Positions 1 to 9,465 are shown, counted from the stretch's first letter. The stretch: DNA of 64,000 bases from an uncultured Brevinematales bacterium (GCA_964428015.1 CAYRWR010000008.1:8916-72915), one strand, 5' to 3'. Numbers and translations: made by a program. Notes: generated by a model from the letters alone, not told the origin.

Positions 1-276
1 GACAGCGTACAAATCACAGCAGTAGAAAGAAGTCAAAAATGGCGTAATGTGCGGGGTGGAAAAGTACTGATAATGATATCCAGAGCTAATGAAGATATTC
101 ATGAAGATGAAGTAGCCAAACTGGTGGAACAGACTAAAATCATGCATGGTATTCGGGTTATAATCGTTTCAACCGGAAAATTTACCCCACAAGCTGTGCG
201 TTATAGTGAAAACAGGCCGGTTGATCTGTATGACCGTCAGAAGCTTTCTGCCGTCATGAAAAGCATGAAGAATTAA
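1..276 (+). CDS. Mrr/restriction-endonuclease-like domain protein, C-terminal part (5' end outside window)
   Basis: Frame 1 is open from nt 1 (DSVQITAVERSQKWRNVRGGKVLIMISRAN...IIVSTGKFTPQAVRYSENRPVDLYDRQKL) with stop at 274-276. The K-W...V..V and VSTGxFT..A layout resembles the Mrr_cat nuclease core. The N-terminus is missing. Confidence 0.45.
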   Translation, partial: DSVQITAVERSQKWRNVRGGKVLIMISRANEDIHEDEVAKLVEQTKIMHGIRVIIVSTGKFTPQAVRYSENRPVDLYDRQKLSAVMKSMKN

Positions 277-277
277 T

Positions 278-511
278 ATGAAAAAAAAGAAAGATTTCAA
301 AAAATTAATTCCCCGTCGGATATTACTGGCCTTTGTTATCGTAATCGGAATATTCATGGTCTATCAGATATTTATAGGGAATCCTTTTTATGATGAAGTG
401 TCCCCGGTATGGGTTTATGTCCTGTTTTTTATCATGGGTTTAGCCCTGTTAGTGGATTGGATAATCAAACAGAAAACTCAGGATAATGATAAAAAAGAAG
501 AAAAAGACTAG
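278..511 (+). CDS. small membrane protein (2 predicted TM helices), unknown function
   Basis: ATG lies 1 nt after the upstream stop (TAATATG coupling). 77 aa with a Lys-rich N-terminus, two hydrophobic helices (LLAFVIVIGIFMVYQIF, VWVYVLFFIMGLALLVDWII) and a charged tail. Confidence 0.45.
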   Translation: MKKKKDFKKLIPRRILLAFVIVIGIFMVYQIFIGNPFYDEVSPVWVYVLFFIMGLALLVDWIIKQKTQDNDKKEEKD

Positions 512-1365
512 ATTTCATGAAGATCAGGGGAATAGGCTTCTATCCGGTCTTTTCCCTGATATTTAGCCCGGTACAAGGCTTTTTCAGCCATTTCTAAAAT
601 TTCTATGGGGTCCTGACTGTCCTCTCCGAATGTCGCAATACCGATACTATAACTTATGCGGATTTCTTTATTTTCAATAGGAGTGACATGAGTATGGATG
701 GTGTCCATTAATCTGTGGGCCGAGTCCAGAGCCCCTTTTTTACCGGTTTCGGGTAAAATAATGATAAAAGCATCACCAGAATATCGGGCTACCACATCCT
801 CCACTCTGATATTTTCTTCTATCAGACGGGCATGGCTTTGCAGTACTTCGTCTCCGGCTAAAAGTCCATAATTATCATTAATAAACCGGAAATCATCCAC
901 ATCCAGCAGCATCAATGAATACTGTTTTTTATACCGGATACTGCGCTTAGTTTCTTTCCAGAGATATTCACGCAGAAAACGGTGATTATACATTCCGGTT
1001 AATTCGTCAGTCATTATATTGTAATGACTGCTTTCGTATAAGAATAATTCAACCAGGAAAGGATTTTGATACATGCCCAGATCAGATAAAAAATACTGTA
1101 ACATGGCAACTCTGAAAGCGACAGGCCTGACAAGTTGCTCTTCCATTTGCTGTTTTAACAAGGTAATTCTCTTCCAGTGCTCCAGCGATTCTTCAGGGCT
1201 GAATTCCAGATGACACAAAGTTTGAAAAATACGCTGGTAGACCTGTTCTTCAGAGTCTTCTTCAGTCACCAGTTCCTGGATGCGGGTAAAGAACTCATCC
1301 CTGCGCTCTAAATCCGGGTCAAATACAGCCATAATTTTTTCGTTAAGATGTTTGTGATCTTCCAT
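508..1365 (-). CDS. GGDEF-domain protein with degenerate active site (SGDAF) and intact RxxD I-site
   Basis: C-terminal GGDEF fold motifs are present (LMLLDVDDFRFINDNYGLLAGDEVL, RYSGDAFIIILPET, YRAKYQGKDR). nt 766-780 encode S-G-D-A-F instead of GG[DE]EF. RVED lies 5 aa upstream. SD AAGGA precedes ATG 1365. Confidence 0.85.
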   Translation of the reverse strand: MEDHKHLNEKIMAVFDPDLERRDEFFTRIQELVTEEDSEEQVYQRIFQTLCHLEFSPEESLEHWKRITLLKQQMEEQLVRPVAFRVAMLQYFLSDLGMYQNPFLVELFLYESSHYNIMTDELTGMYNHRFLREYLWKETKRSIRYKKQYSLMLLDVDDFRFINDNYGLLAGDEVLQSHARLIEENIRVEDVVARYSGDAFIIILPETGKKGALDSAHRLMDTIHTHVTPIENKEIRISYSIGIATFGEDSQDPIEILEMAEKALYRAKYQGKDRIEAYSPDLHEI

Positions 1366-1379
1366 TTTCTATCCTTGTT

Positions 1380-1406
1380 ATAAAACAGGCCCCCAGAGGG
1401 GGCCTG
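1380..1406 (-). terminator. rho-independent terminator after the malG-like permease
   Basis: Hairpin ACAGGCCCC-CAGA-GGGGCCTGT (1385-1406) is followed on the minus strand by UUUUA, about 20 nt downstream of the stop at 1427. Confidence 0.5.
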
Positions 1407-1426
1407 TCTGTTATATCAACAAGTCA

Positions 1427-2890
1427 TTAACCTTTTACAGCTCCCAGGGTTGAGGATTCAACCAGCTCTTTTTTCATACTCAGGAAAAGCAGTACTATTG
1501 GGATGGATACAATAATTGCCCCAGCTGCAAACCAGGCGATGTTCTGGTTGAAGCTGCCTGAACCACCCATAAGAGTCTGCAAGCCTACCGGAAGGGTTAA
1601 CATCTCCACCTTTGTCATAAACATGGACGAAATAGCATATTCATTCCAGGATTGTACAAAGGCAAAGAGGAATGCGGTAAACATAGCAGGACGGGCCAGG
1701 GGAAAGAGTATCAGGGCCAGTAATTGACCCAATGATGCACCATCGATAGCTGCAGCTTCTTCCAGATCAGTCGGAATAGTATCAAAATATCCCTTGAGCA
1801 TCCAGATAGAAAAGGGCAGTGCGGTAGCACTGTATATCAGAACCAGTCCCCAGCGGGTGTTCACAATAGAAAAACCGGGGATGGCCAAGGGGAGAATACC
1901 GGCTGCGAGAATATAAAAAGGAACAATCATCATGGCCAGGGGGAACAACTGGGTAGCAATAACCCAGAGCATACTGATCTGTCTTCCCGGGAATTTAAAG
2001 CGGGAGAATGAATATCCGGCAAAGAATCCTAATAGAACACTGATGAGAGCTGTAGCTATAGAAACCAGAAGACTGTTGGTCAGCCAGTTTCTAAAGTTCA
2101 GGTCGAAGATAATTTCACGGTAGTTTTTAATAGTCAGTACATTCAGATAAGTGACAAGCAACTGGTTGTTGACTTTAACCGGTCTTTTGATATTAGATGC
2201 CTGATCCAGATCAAAGGAAAGTATACCAAATTCCGGACGGAATTCCTTGTCAGCAAAAAAAGTTTCGATTTTCTTCGTAGATTCATTAAAGGAAAGCAAC
2301 ACCTGTTTGTTTTTATATTCCGGTCCAAAAACAAAATTCTGCTCAACTGTACTGTCTCCGGATCTGAAACTCACTTTTATAGCATTGGCTTTTTCTACTC
2401 CGGTATCAGTCTGAATGTCAACTTTATAAATCTGGATCCTCAGGTTGGCACCTTCACTTTTATTTTTGAGAATACTTTCATCTTCATCCGGGACCTGACC
2501 AATTCCACCTAATTGAAAATTGACCAGCCAGATATCAGGTTTTTTATCATATACTTTATAATCCAGGATCTGCTGAAACTGACTGAAACCGCCTTCTTCA
2601 TTTTTGGTTTCCTGCTCTGTGACCCTCACTTCCACATGTTTTCCGGCATATTCAGGCCCAAATTCAAATGTTTTTGAACCCTGCATACCCAGGTGAATAA
2701 TCTGATATTTTACATCCAGTTTATTACCTTTGATATCGGTACGTATAAAGTCCGGCCGGAAAATCCTTTCCACAACATAGGCTGCGTGAGTAGATTCAGT
2801 AAATGATGCCAGGATAATCCAGATGATAGGCAGCAGGATGATAAAAGCTAAAAGCATCAGGAAGGTGTGTGAAACTATCTTTTTTAACAT
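1427..2890 (-). CDS. carbohydrate ABC transporter permease, MalG-like, with ~230-aa periplasmic insert
   Basis: 487 aa. The C-terminal half has the EAA loop EEAAAIDGASLGQLLALILFPLARPAMF and 5 TM helices. One N-terminal TM is followed by a long hydrophilic segment. SD AGGAG. Lies 9 nt downstream of the MalF-like gene. Confidence 0.85.
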   Translation of the reverse strand: MLKKIVSHTFLMLLAFIILLPIIWIILASFTESTHAAYVVERIFRPDFIRTDIKGNKLDVKYQIIHLGMQGSKTFEFGPEYAGKHVEVRVTEQETKNEEGGFSQFQQILDYKVYDKKPDIWLVNFQLGGIGQVPDEDESILKNKSEGANLRIQIYKVDIQTDTGVEKANAIKVSFRSGDSTVEQNFVFGPEYKNKQVLLSFNESTKKIETFFADKEFRPEFGILSFDLDQASNIKRPVKVNNQLLVTYLNVLTIKNYREIIFDLNFRNWLTNSLLVSIATALISVLLGFFAGYSFSRFKFPGRQISMLWVIATQLFPLAMMIVPFYILAAGILPLAIPGFSIVNTRWGLVLIYSATALPFSIWMLKGYFDTIPTDLEEAAAIDGASLGQLLALILFPLARPAMFTAFLFAFVQSWNEYAISSMFMTKVEMLTLPVGLQTLMGGSGSFNQNIAWFAAGAIIVSIPIVLLFLSMKKELVESSTLGAVKG

Positions 2891-2899
2891 GGTTATCTC

Positions 2900-5353
2900 C
2901 TAGTAGGATTTTTCGGTCAGGTTAGTGCTGCGGGCAAAGATATAGATGTAGACTAAAAGTACTACAAAAATCAATGCCGAATAAGCACTGGCATAACCAT
3001 ACGACCAGTTGCGCTGTTCCGCTATAGCCGGCGATACCCGCACAAAGTCATAAATTCGCGTTATCAGAATATCATATTGGTCATTACCCCCAGTGAGCAG
3101 ATAGACCAGGTTGAAATTATTAAAAGTCCAGATCGAAGTTAAAAGCACAGAAGGAAGTACGGTAGGCCGGATCATGGGGATAACAATAGCAAATAAAGTC
3201 TGGAACCAGTTAGCACCGTCTATGAGAGCTGCTTCAAACACACTCTTAGGAATAGTCCCCAACGCGGATATGGTGACTAGCATGATAAAGGGGAAGGCAT
3301 ACCAGGCTGAGACAAAGGATACTATAAAGAAACCCATGGTAGGATCTCCAAACCAGCCGTTGCTTTTAGTGACGCCAGTGATGACTGTGATCAGCTGATC
3401 CAGCACCCCGTTATTGGAAAAGAAGGAATTCCACAGCAGACCGGAGATAAAAGTAGGTATGATCCAGGGCAGCATGAACACCACCTGGTAAAAACCTTTA
3501 AGACCTACGCCTTTTTCATTCAACACCACCGCAATCACCACACCCAGTACAGTCTGGATTACTACAGCTAATAGAGTATACAATAAAGTGAATCCCAGAG
3601 TGTAGTAAAAATTCTGAGTGATGAAAAAGGTGCGGTATGGCTCATACCTGACTATGTAGTGCCGGGATTTGCCCTGCTGATAGATACGGGAAACGTTACC
3701 TTCCAGCTTCAGTGCCTTACCCTTGGTGAGGTGGGATTTAGCCGGATTCTGAATGTCCGGCATATTGACCCAGAAGGTGCCTGAGATCAACATGCGGCCA
3801 CCTGCCTGAGTACTTTTAGGGTATAGGACAGTGGCTGAAATATCCCTGGAAATAACCTGATCCATGATGATAAAGTCTTCGGGAGTGTACATCAGGTCAT
3901 TGACTAATAACTGGGTCACTGCGGAAGAAGTACCCAGCTGCTGGAAACGGGACTTTGAAGTTATATAATACTGGTTTTCATGATTCATGTTAAAACCAGC
4001 GGGATCCTGCTGGTATATTTTATCCACTTTATTGAGTTTCTGATAATCATGGTTGCTGTCTACAACCCTGAAATCTCCCAGGATGCGGGTAAAGTTTTCC
4101 ACTCCTACAAAATAACGGCCTATTTTTAGATCCTGGATGACTTTGGGGAAAGCGGTAAAACCCAGGACCACTGAGAACATGATAGGTATAAACACCAGCA
4201 CCAGCATCCCCAGGATACCCGGGAGAATGAACAGGTAAGCCGTGGCAAAATTGTAGAGAGTGTTCAGGAATTTTTCAAATCCTCTCTTGCGGCTGAAGCC
4301 GATGAGTAATAAAGTACCGAATATTGCCCCCAGGAGCCAGCCCACAAATGAGAAACTGATAGCTCCGCCCCGGTTCTTTTTAGCACCGTCGGCATCTTCC
4401 ACCACTCTGGAAGGGGGTTGAAAAATATAGGAGTCTACTTCGGTATCGTATTCATCTTTATTAAACTCATTTACCAGGTTTTTATAATCCAGGGGTGTCA
4501 GATTGACGCCATAATTCTTAATCAGGGTGGTCTTTACAAAAGAAAGATTGTTATTATAAGAACTGGTAAGTCTTTCACTGTTGATCTGGTAGTCGGTGTT
4601 GGTGAAATTCATGACCAGGATCATAGTTAAAAGCGAATAGACTGTAAATAAGGCTATCATACTAACACGATGCAGTACTTTACGCTCATGCATGGCGGAA
4701 ATGAAATAGGCGCCTACCGCAAAAGCCAGAAGTAATACTCCCAGCATAGCCAGCTTACCCCAAATCTGGAATTGCCAGTTGTTGACATGGGTAATTTTAA
4801 CGGTATCGTAACGCCCCAGATTAAAGGCAAAAGTCTTCAGGTAGGCCCGGAATTCATTGGATTTTGTGTCAATTTCCAGCATTTGTTTGTTTCTGAAGCT
4901 TCGTGTACCGTCCTGGTAATGGGTGGTATAATTTTGCAGATTAGAGACATTTCCTCCCGGAGCGATTCCAGAGACCAGCTGGTTACCATTGTAGTAGAGT
5001 AGCTGTGTGATATTAGGATCAGACTCTTTCAGAGCTTCCATCAAACCCTGAATAGAGTTACTAAGACCGGGCACTTCGCCATCCGGTCCGGTTTTGATTT
5101 TTTTTCCGTCAGGACTGTTGTATTCATAGCTTACACCAGGTTTTTTTAAATATTTAATGGTGAAGCCCACTGTTTCCAGGATGGCTTTGGATTGTTTGAC
5201 ACTGGTGGACTCATAAAGACGCTTCATGCGGAACTGGTAAAATCCCAGGGCAAAAATAAAGACCAGAAGCATGGATCCTGCCATAGCGGCGAAGGAGTTA
5301 ATCCACTCTTTCCGGTCCTCAAATTTAAATTTCCGTTCATAAAAAGTTTTCAT
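2900..5353 (-). CDS. carbohydrate ABC transporter permease, MalF-like, greatly extended (817 aa)
   Basis: The C-terminal core has FEAALIDGANWFQTLFAIVIPMIRPTVLP (BPD_transp_1 EAA loop). The N-terminal ~360 aa add extra TM helices and two large loops, plus a ~190-aa loop between core TM helices. SD GAGGT. Confidence 0.85.
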   Translation of the reverse strand: MKTFYERKFKFEDRKEWINSFAAMAGSMLLVFIFALGFYQFRMKRLYESTSVKQSKAILETVGFTIKYLKKPGVSYEYNSPDGKKIKTGPDGEVPGLSNSIQGLMEALKESDPNITQLLYYNGNQLVSGIAPGGNVSNLQNYTTHYQDGTRSFRNKQMLEIDTKSNEFRAYLKTFAFNLGRYDTVKITHVNNWQFQIWGKLAMLGVLLLAFAVGAYFISAMHERKVLHRVSMIALFTVYSLLTMILVMNFTNTDYQINSERLTSSYNNNLSFVKTTLIKNYGVNLTPLDYKNLVNEFNKDEYDTEVDSYIFQPPSRVVEDADGAKKNRGGAISFSFVGWLLGAIFGTLLLIGFSRKRGFEKFLNTLYNFATAYLFILPGILGMLVLVFIPIMFSVVLGFTAFPKVIQDLKIGRYFVGVENFTRILGDFRVVDSNHDYQKLNKVDKIYQQDPAGFNMNHENQYYITSKSRFQQLGTSSAVTQLLVNDLMYTPEDFIIMDQVISRDISATVLYPKSTQAGGRMLISGTFWVNMPDIQNPAKSHLTKGKALKLEGNVSRIYQQGKSRHYIVRYEPYRTFFITQNFYYTLGFTLLYTLLAVVIQTVLGVVIAVVLNEKGVGLKGFYQVVFMLPWIIPTFISGLLWNSFFSNNGVLDQLITVITGVTKSNGWFGDPTMGFFIVSFVSAWYAFPFIMLVTISALGTIPKSVFEAALIDGANWFQTLFAIVIPMIRPTVLPSVLLTSIWTFNNFNLVYLLTGGNDQYDILITRIYDFVRVSPAIAEQRNWSYGYASAYSALIFVVLLVYIYIFARSTNLTEKSY

Positions 5354-5465
5354 ACCTTACCTCGCCTTAAAAGTGTTGAAAAGAAATCAAAACAGCTTAA
5401 ATAATAACTTATTTTATTATAAATAAAAGTATATTGCAAGCCTCTTCTATTAATAACATATAGTC

Positions 5466-5498
5466 AAAAAAAAAAGACGGCGGCTAAACAGCCGCCGT
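5466..5498 (-). terminator. intra-operon rho-independent terminator/attenuator after the binding-protein gene
   Basis: Hairpin ACGGCGGC-TAAACA-GCCGCCGT (5477-5498) with a 10-nt U-run on the minus strand (A-run 5466-5475), about 20 nt after the stop at 5519. Confidence 0.65.
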
Positions 5499-5518
5499 GT
5501 TTTGTTGGAATAGTTTAA

Positions 5519-6811
5519 TTAGTCTACACTGATCAGTTTCAGGCTATTATAATCATAGCCTTTGGATTTATAGAAGCCTGGGGCATTTTTACTCTTTTCG
5601 ATGAGCTTCATTAACTGTGCCTGGCGTTCTTTAAGAGCTTTTTCGGGATCGGTCCCTCCCAGGATGTCATTCAGACCGGAAGTAGCAGGATCCCAGGTCA
5701 GGGCCATTTCAGGGGCGTTGGGCATGGAGATAGCTACACCGGCAGCTTCCTTAAAAATGGCAGAAATTTCATCATTAGCCACCACTGAATATTTATAAGC
5801 GCCCTTGTTGGCAGGGGTCTGTTTTCCGACAGAAGCAAAAACTTTACCCATTGCGGCGGAAGTAAAATATTCAATAACCTTTACAGAATCAGGCTGATTC
5901 TTGGAACAGGAAGCCATAAAATATCCTTCTACAGTGATGAAGGGGATGGCGCGGCGTCCTACCTGGTCGATGATGGGCAGAGGTGAAAGGCCGTAATTGA
6001 TAGTCTTGTCGATTTCAGCACGGAACCACTGGCCGTTTACTACAAACATAGCGTTACCAGTGTTAAACAGCTGTGTAACCAGGGTACCGGAAGGTCCTAC
6101 CGGGCAGATGTTTTTTCGGATGACATTGTTCAGTACATAGTGACCGGCATCGATCATGGGCTGGGAGTAGAGCAGGGGCAGCAGCAGAGGTGAGCCTTTG
6201 TACAATCCCAGTGAACGGAAGATTTTGCCGCCGAATCCCTGGATCCACATGGTATGATAGTAGAAGTTTCCGGTTTCATAGACAAAACCCCATTGACCGA
6301 ACTGGCCTTTATTGGGTTTGGTAAAACCTTTGGCTACTTCAATAATCTCACTCATTTTCTGAGGAGGATTTTTGATCTTGTCTTTATTGTAATACATAGC
6401 AATATTTTTAAAGGATCCGGGAAGAGCCCAGACTGCTTCATCATACATGTAGTTAAACGCACCCATGGTCTTGGAGAAGTATTGATCTGTGACTCCGGGG
6501 GTCAGATAGGACTCCAGGGGAATGATCAGGCCCTGTTCTGCCCAGGCGCCTACGTAGTCCTGTGCGAAAACGAACACATCGGGGCCGGTACCCAGGGGGA
6601 TAGTTGAAGAGAGTTTGTCATTAAGAGCGTCAAAAGGAACAGCCAGCAGTTTGACCTGAATATCACTGTTCGCCAGATTAAAGGCGCGGGTCACATCTTC
6701 GATTGCCTTTTTTTCCTGTCCGCGATATCCGTGCCACAGATTGATGGTAGACGCAAAACTGGTGGATGCCATCAGTGTCACCAGAGCCAGCAGTGAGAAA
6801 AATCTTTTCAT
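5519..6811 (-). CDS. maltodextrin/oligosaccharide ABC substrate-binding protein (MalE-like, SBP family 1)
   Basis: The track ORF runs to 7036, but ATG 6811 has SD GGAGG (GGAGGTAAATATG) and starts a signal peptide MKRFFSLLALVTLMASTSFA. The mature sequence INLWHGYRGQEKKAIEDV...GPDVFVFAQDYVGAWAEQGL is typical of MalE-type SBPs. Confidence 0.85.
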   Translation of the reverse strand: MKRFFSLLALVTLMASTSFASTINLWHGYRGQEKKAIEDVTRAFNLANSDIQVKLLAVPFDALNDKLSSTIPLGTGPDVFVFAQDYVGAWAEQGLIIPLESYLTPGVTDQYFSKTMGAFNYMYDEAVWALPGSFKNIAMYYNKDKIKNPPQKMSEIIEVAKGFTKPNKGQFGQWGFVYETGNFYYHTMWIQGFGGKIFRSLGLYKGSPLLLPLLYSQPMIDAGHYVLNNVIRKNICPVGPSGTLVTQLFNTGNAMFVVNGQWFRAEIDKTINYGLSPLPIIDQVGRRAIPFITVEGYFMASCSKNQPDSVKVIEYFTSAAMGKVFASVGKQTPANKGAYKYSVVANDEISAIFKEAAGVAISMPNAPEMALTWDPATSGLNDILGGTDPEKALKERQAQLMKLIEKSKNAPGFYKSKGYDYNSLKLISVD

Positions 6812-6904
6812 ATTTACCTCCAGAATTAATACAAAATCAGGGAATGCCCGGTAACCACAGTTGAAAAAAATCTCTTTAATAAAGATTACCAACATTCTAT
6901 TAGA

Positions 6905-6933
6905 ATTATAAACTCTTTTCCAATCTTTTTCAA
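6905..6933 (-). promoter_or_regulatory. sigma-70-type promoter of the malEFG-like operon
   Basis: Minus strand reads TTGAAA-17 nt-TATAAT (-35 at 6928-6933, -10 at 6905-6910), about 90 nt upstream of ATG 6811. Confidence 0.55.
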
Positions 6934-7028
6934 AATAAAGAGGAGTAGATGCACATCTGTCACAAAGGAATATCCCCCTAGGGCAGTTTGCTGTGAGCAG
7001 GAATGCCTCTTTCCTCGAATACACTGAC

Positions 7029-7057
7029 TTGACCAAATTATTACCGCGATTTATACT
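7029..7057 (+). promoter_or_regulatory. sigma-70-type promoter of the CCC transporter gene
   Basis: TTGACC (7029-7034)-17 nt-TATACT (7052-7057). SD AGGAGG at 7069-7074 follows. Confidence 0.5.
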
Positions 7058-7080
7058 TCCTTTTTATCAGGAGGTTTTTT

Positions 7081-9372
7081 TTGGGGAGCCAGATGAAACG
7101 TTTCGGGACATTTTCCGGAGTATTTGTACCTAATGTGCTGACCATCTTCGGGGTGGTGTTATTCTTCGGGACGGGGTCTCTGGTCGGAAATGCCGGTCTG
7201 CTGGGCTCCCTGCTGATAATTGTCATTGCCAATCTGATTACATTTTTTACCGCCCTTTCCATGTCTGCTATTACCACCAATATCCGCATCAAAGGAGGAG
7301 GGGCTTATTTTCTGGTGAGCCGCAGCCTGGGACCGGAAATGGGGGGAGCTATCGGGCTGACCCTGTATTTTGCCCAGATTTTTTCTATCGCGTTTTATAT
7401 TACCGGCTTCAGTCTGTCGCTGCAGCCTTTTTTTCCTCAGGTTGATATCCTGTTCATCAAGTTTGTCACCCTGGGGGTTCTGACACTTTTATCTATTTTC
7501 AGTGCTGAAATAGCCATAAAGGTCCAGTACGTGATTCTGGCCGCGGTGATGGCGGCAATTTTCTCGTTTTTATTCGGAAATCTGCGCTTTGATGTGCGGC
7601 CGGTACTGATGGGGACCTTCCCGGAACAAGGCTTCTGGAAGACATTTGCCCTGTTTTTCCCGGCCGTGACCGGTATCTTCGCGGGACTGTCCATGTCAGG
7701 AGATCTCAAAGAGCCCCACCGTAATATCCCAAAGGGGACTGTTTCCGCTATTCTGTTCACTTTTGCGATTTACGTCCTGATCGCGCTCAGTTTTAACTAT
7801 AACTACAGCAGTGCCGACCTCCTGGCTCATGATAGGATCATGATTGAGTCCGCCCTGGTGCCTTTTCTGGTGGTGATAGGAATCTGGGCAGCTACACTTT
7901 CTTCAGCCATCGGTATGGTGCTGGGAGCCCCCCGTACCCTCCAGGCTCTGTCGCGCGACCAGATCATGCCGCGATTTCTGGGAAAGGGCAGCGGCCCGGC
8001 AGATGAACCGCGGGTAGCCATGGTGTTGAGTGTAGTCATCGCGGGAGGATTGCTGCTCATCCGCAGTCTGGATGATATCGCCAATATTCTGACTATGTTT
8101 TTCCTGTCTACTTATGGTATAGTAAATGTGATCGCCGCGGTGGAGCTCCTGATCAGCAATCCTGCCTACCGCCCCCGCTTCAGGGTGCCCTGGTACATCA
8201 GTCTTCTGGGAGGGTTAGGGTCCTTTACCGCCATGTTTTTTATTGATCATTGGGCCACCCTGGTAGCCATAGTAGTTATTGTATTGATTTACTTTTTTAT
8301 TGCCAGGCGGCAGCTGCGTACCGACTGGGGGGATATCCGTAAGGGGTTCTGGGCCAGTGTAGCCGAGATCGCCCTGCAGAAGTATGAGAAATATCAAGAA
8401 CACCCCCGGAACTGGCGACCCCATATCGCTATTTTTGAAAATATTCCTCATATGCGGGAATCTCTGTATGATATTGCCAGTCTGATAGCCGGAAAAAGCG
8501 GGCTGGTTTCCTATTACCGCTTTGTGCAGGCCAACCTGGATCATCTGGGAGAGAGCAGTGATGAATTGGAAGAATTGAAATCCAGTCTGGAAGAAAAGAC
8601 CAGAGGATATGTCTACCCTGAGATCATTTATACCCTGCAGGACAGGAATGCCCACCTGGTGGCTCTCCAGGCTGACGGGATCGGTACTTTCAAGGCTAAT
8701 ACCATAATCTCTGATTTTCAACTGGAGGGAAAGACCCTGGAAGAGCACCTGAGCCGCCTCAGCCACTATGATACCTTGAAAAAAAATGTGATCTTGGTCA
8801 TGGATTCTACCACTCAGGTAGAGCCGGAAGATCGTATTGATGTCTGGCTGTCCGGTTTTCAGGCTAATATTTCCCTGATGCTGATGCTGCCCTTTCTGAT
8901 AACCCGTAACGCGGACTGGTCTGGTACCCGGGTGGTGATCAGGATGGTAGTCCGCACTGACCAACAGAAAGAAAATTCTGAAAAAAGCCTGCGCGGATTC
9001 CTGGCACAGGGCCGTATAGATGCCGAAGTACAGGTCATTTCCTTGGGAATGGAAGAGGTTAACCAGGCTGAAAAAACTGTGGCCAGAGAAAATAATGCGG
9101 AAGAAAAGCAGATGAAGAGAAAAGGTGTGTTCCATCGCTTCCGGAATTTCCTGGAAAATCTGGAGCAGCGCCGCTATAGTGAAGTGGACAGACAGCGTAT
9201 CAGAGACATTATCAGGGAGAAGTCCCAGGATGCACGGTTGGTACTGCTAGGGGTGCATGTGCCTGATGCTTCTTCAGCGGGCAGCGCCGCCCGGGACCTG
9301 AAAAAACTGCTTGCCGGATTACCCCGTACACTATTGGTCAAGGGACGACACAATATAAATCTGTTTATATAA
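7081..9372 (+). CDS. cation-chloride cotransporter (SLC12/CCC)-like APC-superfamily permease with large cytosolic C-terminal domain
   Basis: 763 aa. The N-terminus FGTFSGVFVPNVLTIFGVVLFFGTGSLVGNAGL and about 12 TM helices match the CCC/AA_permease pattern. The ~330-aa hydrophilic C-terminus resembles the SLC12 C-terminal domain. TTG 7081 is 6 nt after AGGAGG; ATG 7093 is an alternative start. Confidence 0.8.
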   Translation: MGSQMKRFGTFSGVFVPNVLTIFGVVLFFGTGSLVGNAGLLGSLLIIVIANLITFFTALSMSAITTNIRIKGGGAYFLVSRSLGPEMGGAIGLTLYFAQIFSIAFYITGFSLSLQPFFPQVDILFIKFVTLGVLTLLSIFSAEIAIKVQYVILAAVMAAIFSFLFGNLRFDVRPVLMGTFPEQGFWKTFALFFPAVTGIFAGLSMSGDLKEPHRNIPKGTVSAILFTFAIYVLIALSFNYNYSSADLLAHDRIMIESALVPFLVVIGIWAATLSSAIGMVLGAPRTLQALSRDQIMPRFLGKGSGPADEPRVAMVLSVVIAGGLLLIRSLDDIANILTMFFLSTYGIVNVIAAVELLISNPAYRPRFRVPWYISLLGGLGSFTAMFFIDHWATLVAIVVIVLIYFFIARRQLRTDWGDIRKGFWASVAEIALQKYEKYQEHPRNWRPHIAIFENIPHMRESLYDIASLIAGKSGLVSYYRFVQANLDHLGESSDELEELKSSLEEKTRGYVYPEIIYTLQDRNAHLVALQADGIGTFKANTIISDFQLEGKTLEEHLSRLSHYDTLKKNVILVMDSTTQVEPEDRIDVWLSGFQANISLMLMLPFLITRNADWSGTRVVIRMVVRTDQQKENSEKSLRGFLAQGRIDAEVQVISLGMEEVNQAEKTVARENNAEEKQMKRKGVFHRFRNFLENLEQRRYSEVDRQRIRDIIREKSQDARLVLLGVHVPDASSAGSAARDLKKLLAGLPRTLLVKGRHNINLFI

Positions 9373-9437
9373 AAATCTTTTTAATCCCTGAAAAAAGATA
9401 GAATTAATAGGCTTGCAGAGTTTCAGATGCAAAATAC

Positions 9438-9465
9438 TTGATATTTAGTAGGCTTATGTTAATAT
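9438..9465 (+). promoter_or_regulatory. candidate sigma-70 promoter
   Basis: TTGATA (9438-9443)-16 nt-TAATAT (9460-9465), upstream of the gene at 9509. Confidence 0.4.

Noticed and set aside
6812-7036. 75-codon N-terminal extension of the MalE-like ORF in the track
   Set aside because: The extension would read through the TTGAAA-17-TATAAT promoter. ATG 6811 has a GGAGG SD and begins a canonical signal peptide.
7091-7108. GAAACGTTTC, the central 10 bp of the LacI-type operator, at the start of the CCC gene
   Set aside because: The outer TG/CA positions of TGGAAACGTTTCCA are missing (the flanks are AT...GG). The sequence encodes MKRFG and lies inside the coding region. It is most likely coincidence and would need a binding assay to revive.
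8215-9135. 306-aa ORF on the minus strand
   Set aside because: It lies entirely antisense to the well-supported CCC transporter gene. The composition is skewed (Gly/Gln/His/Pro-rich), there is no SD and no motif. It is a shadow ORF.
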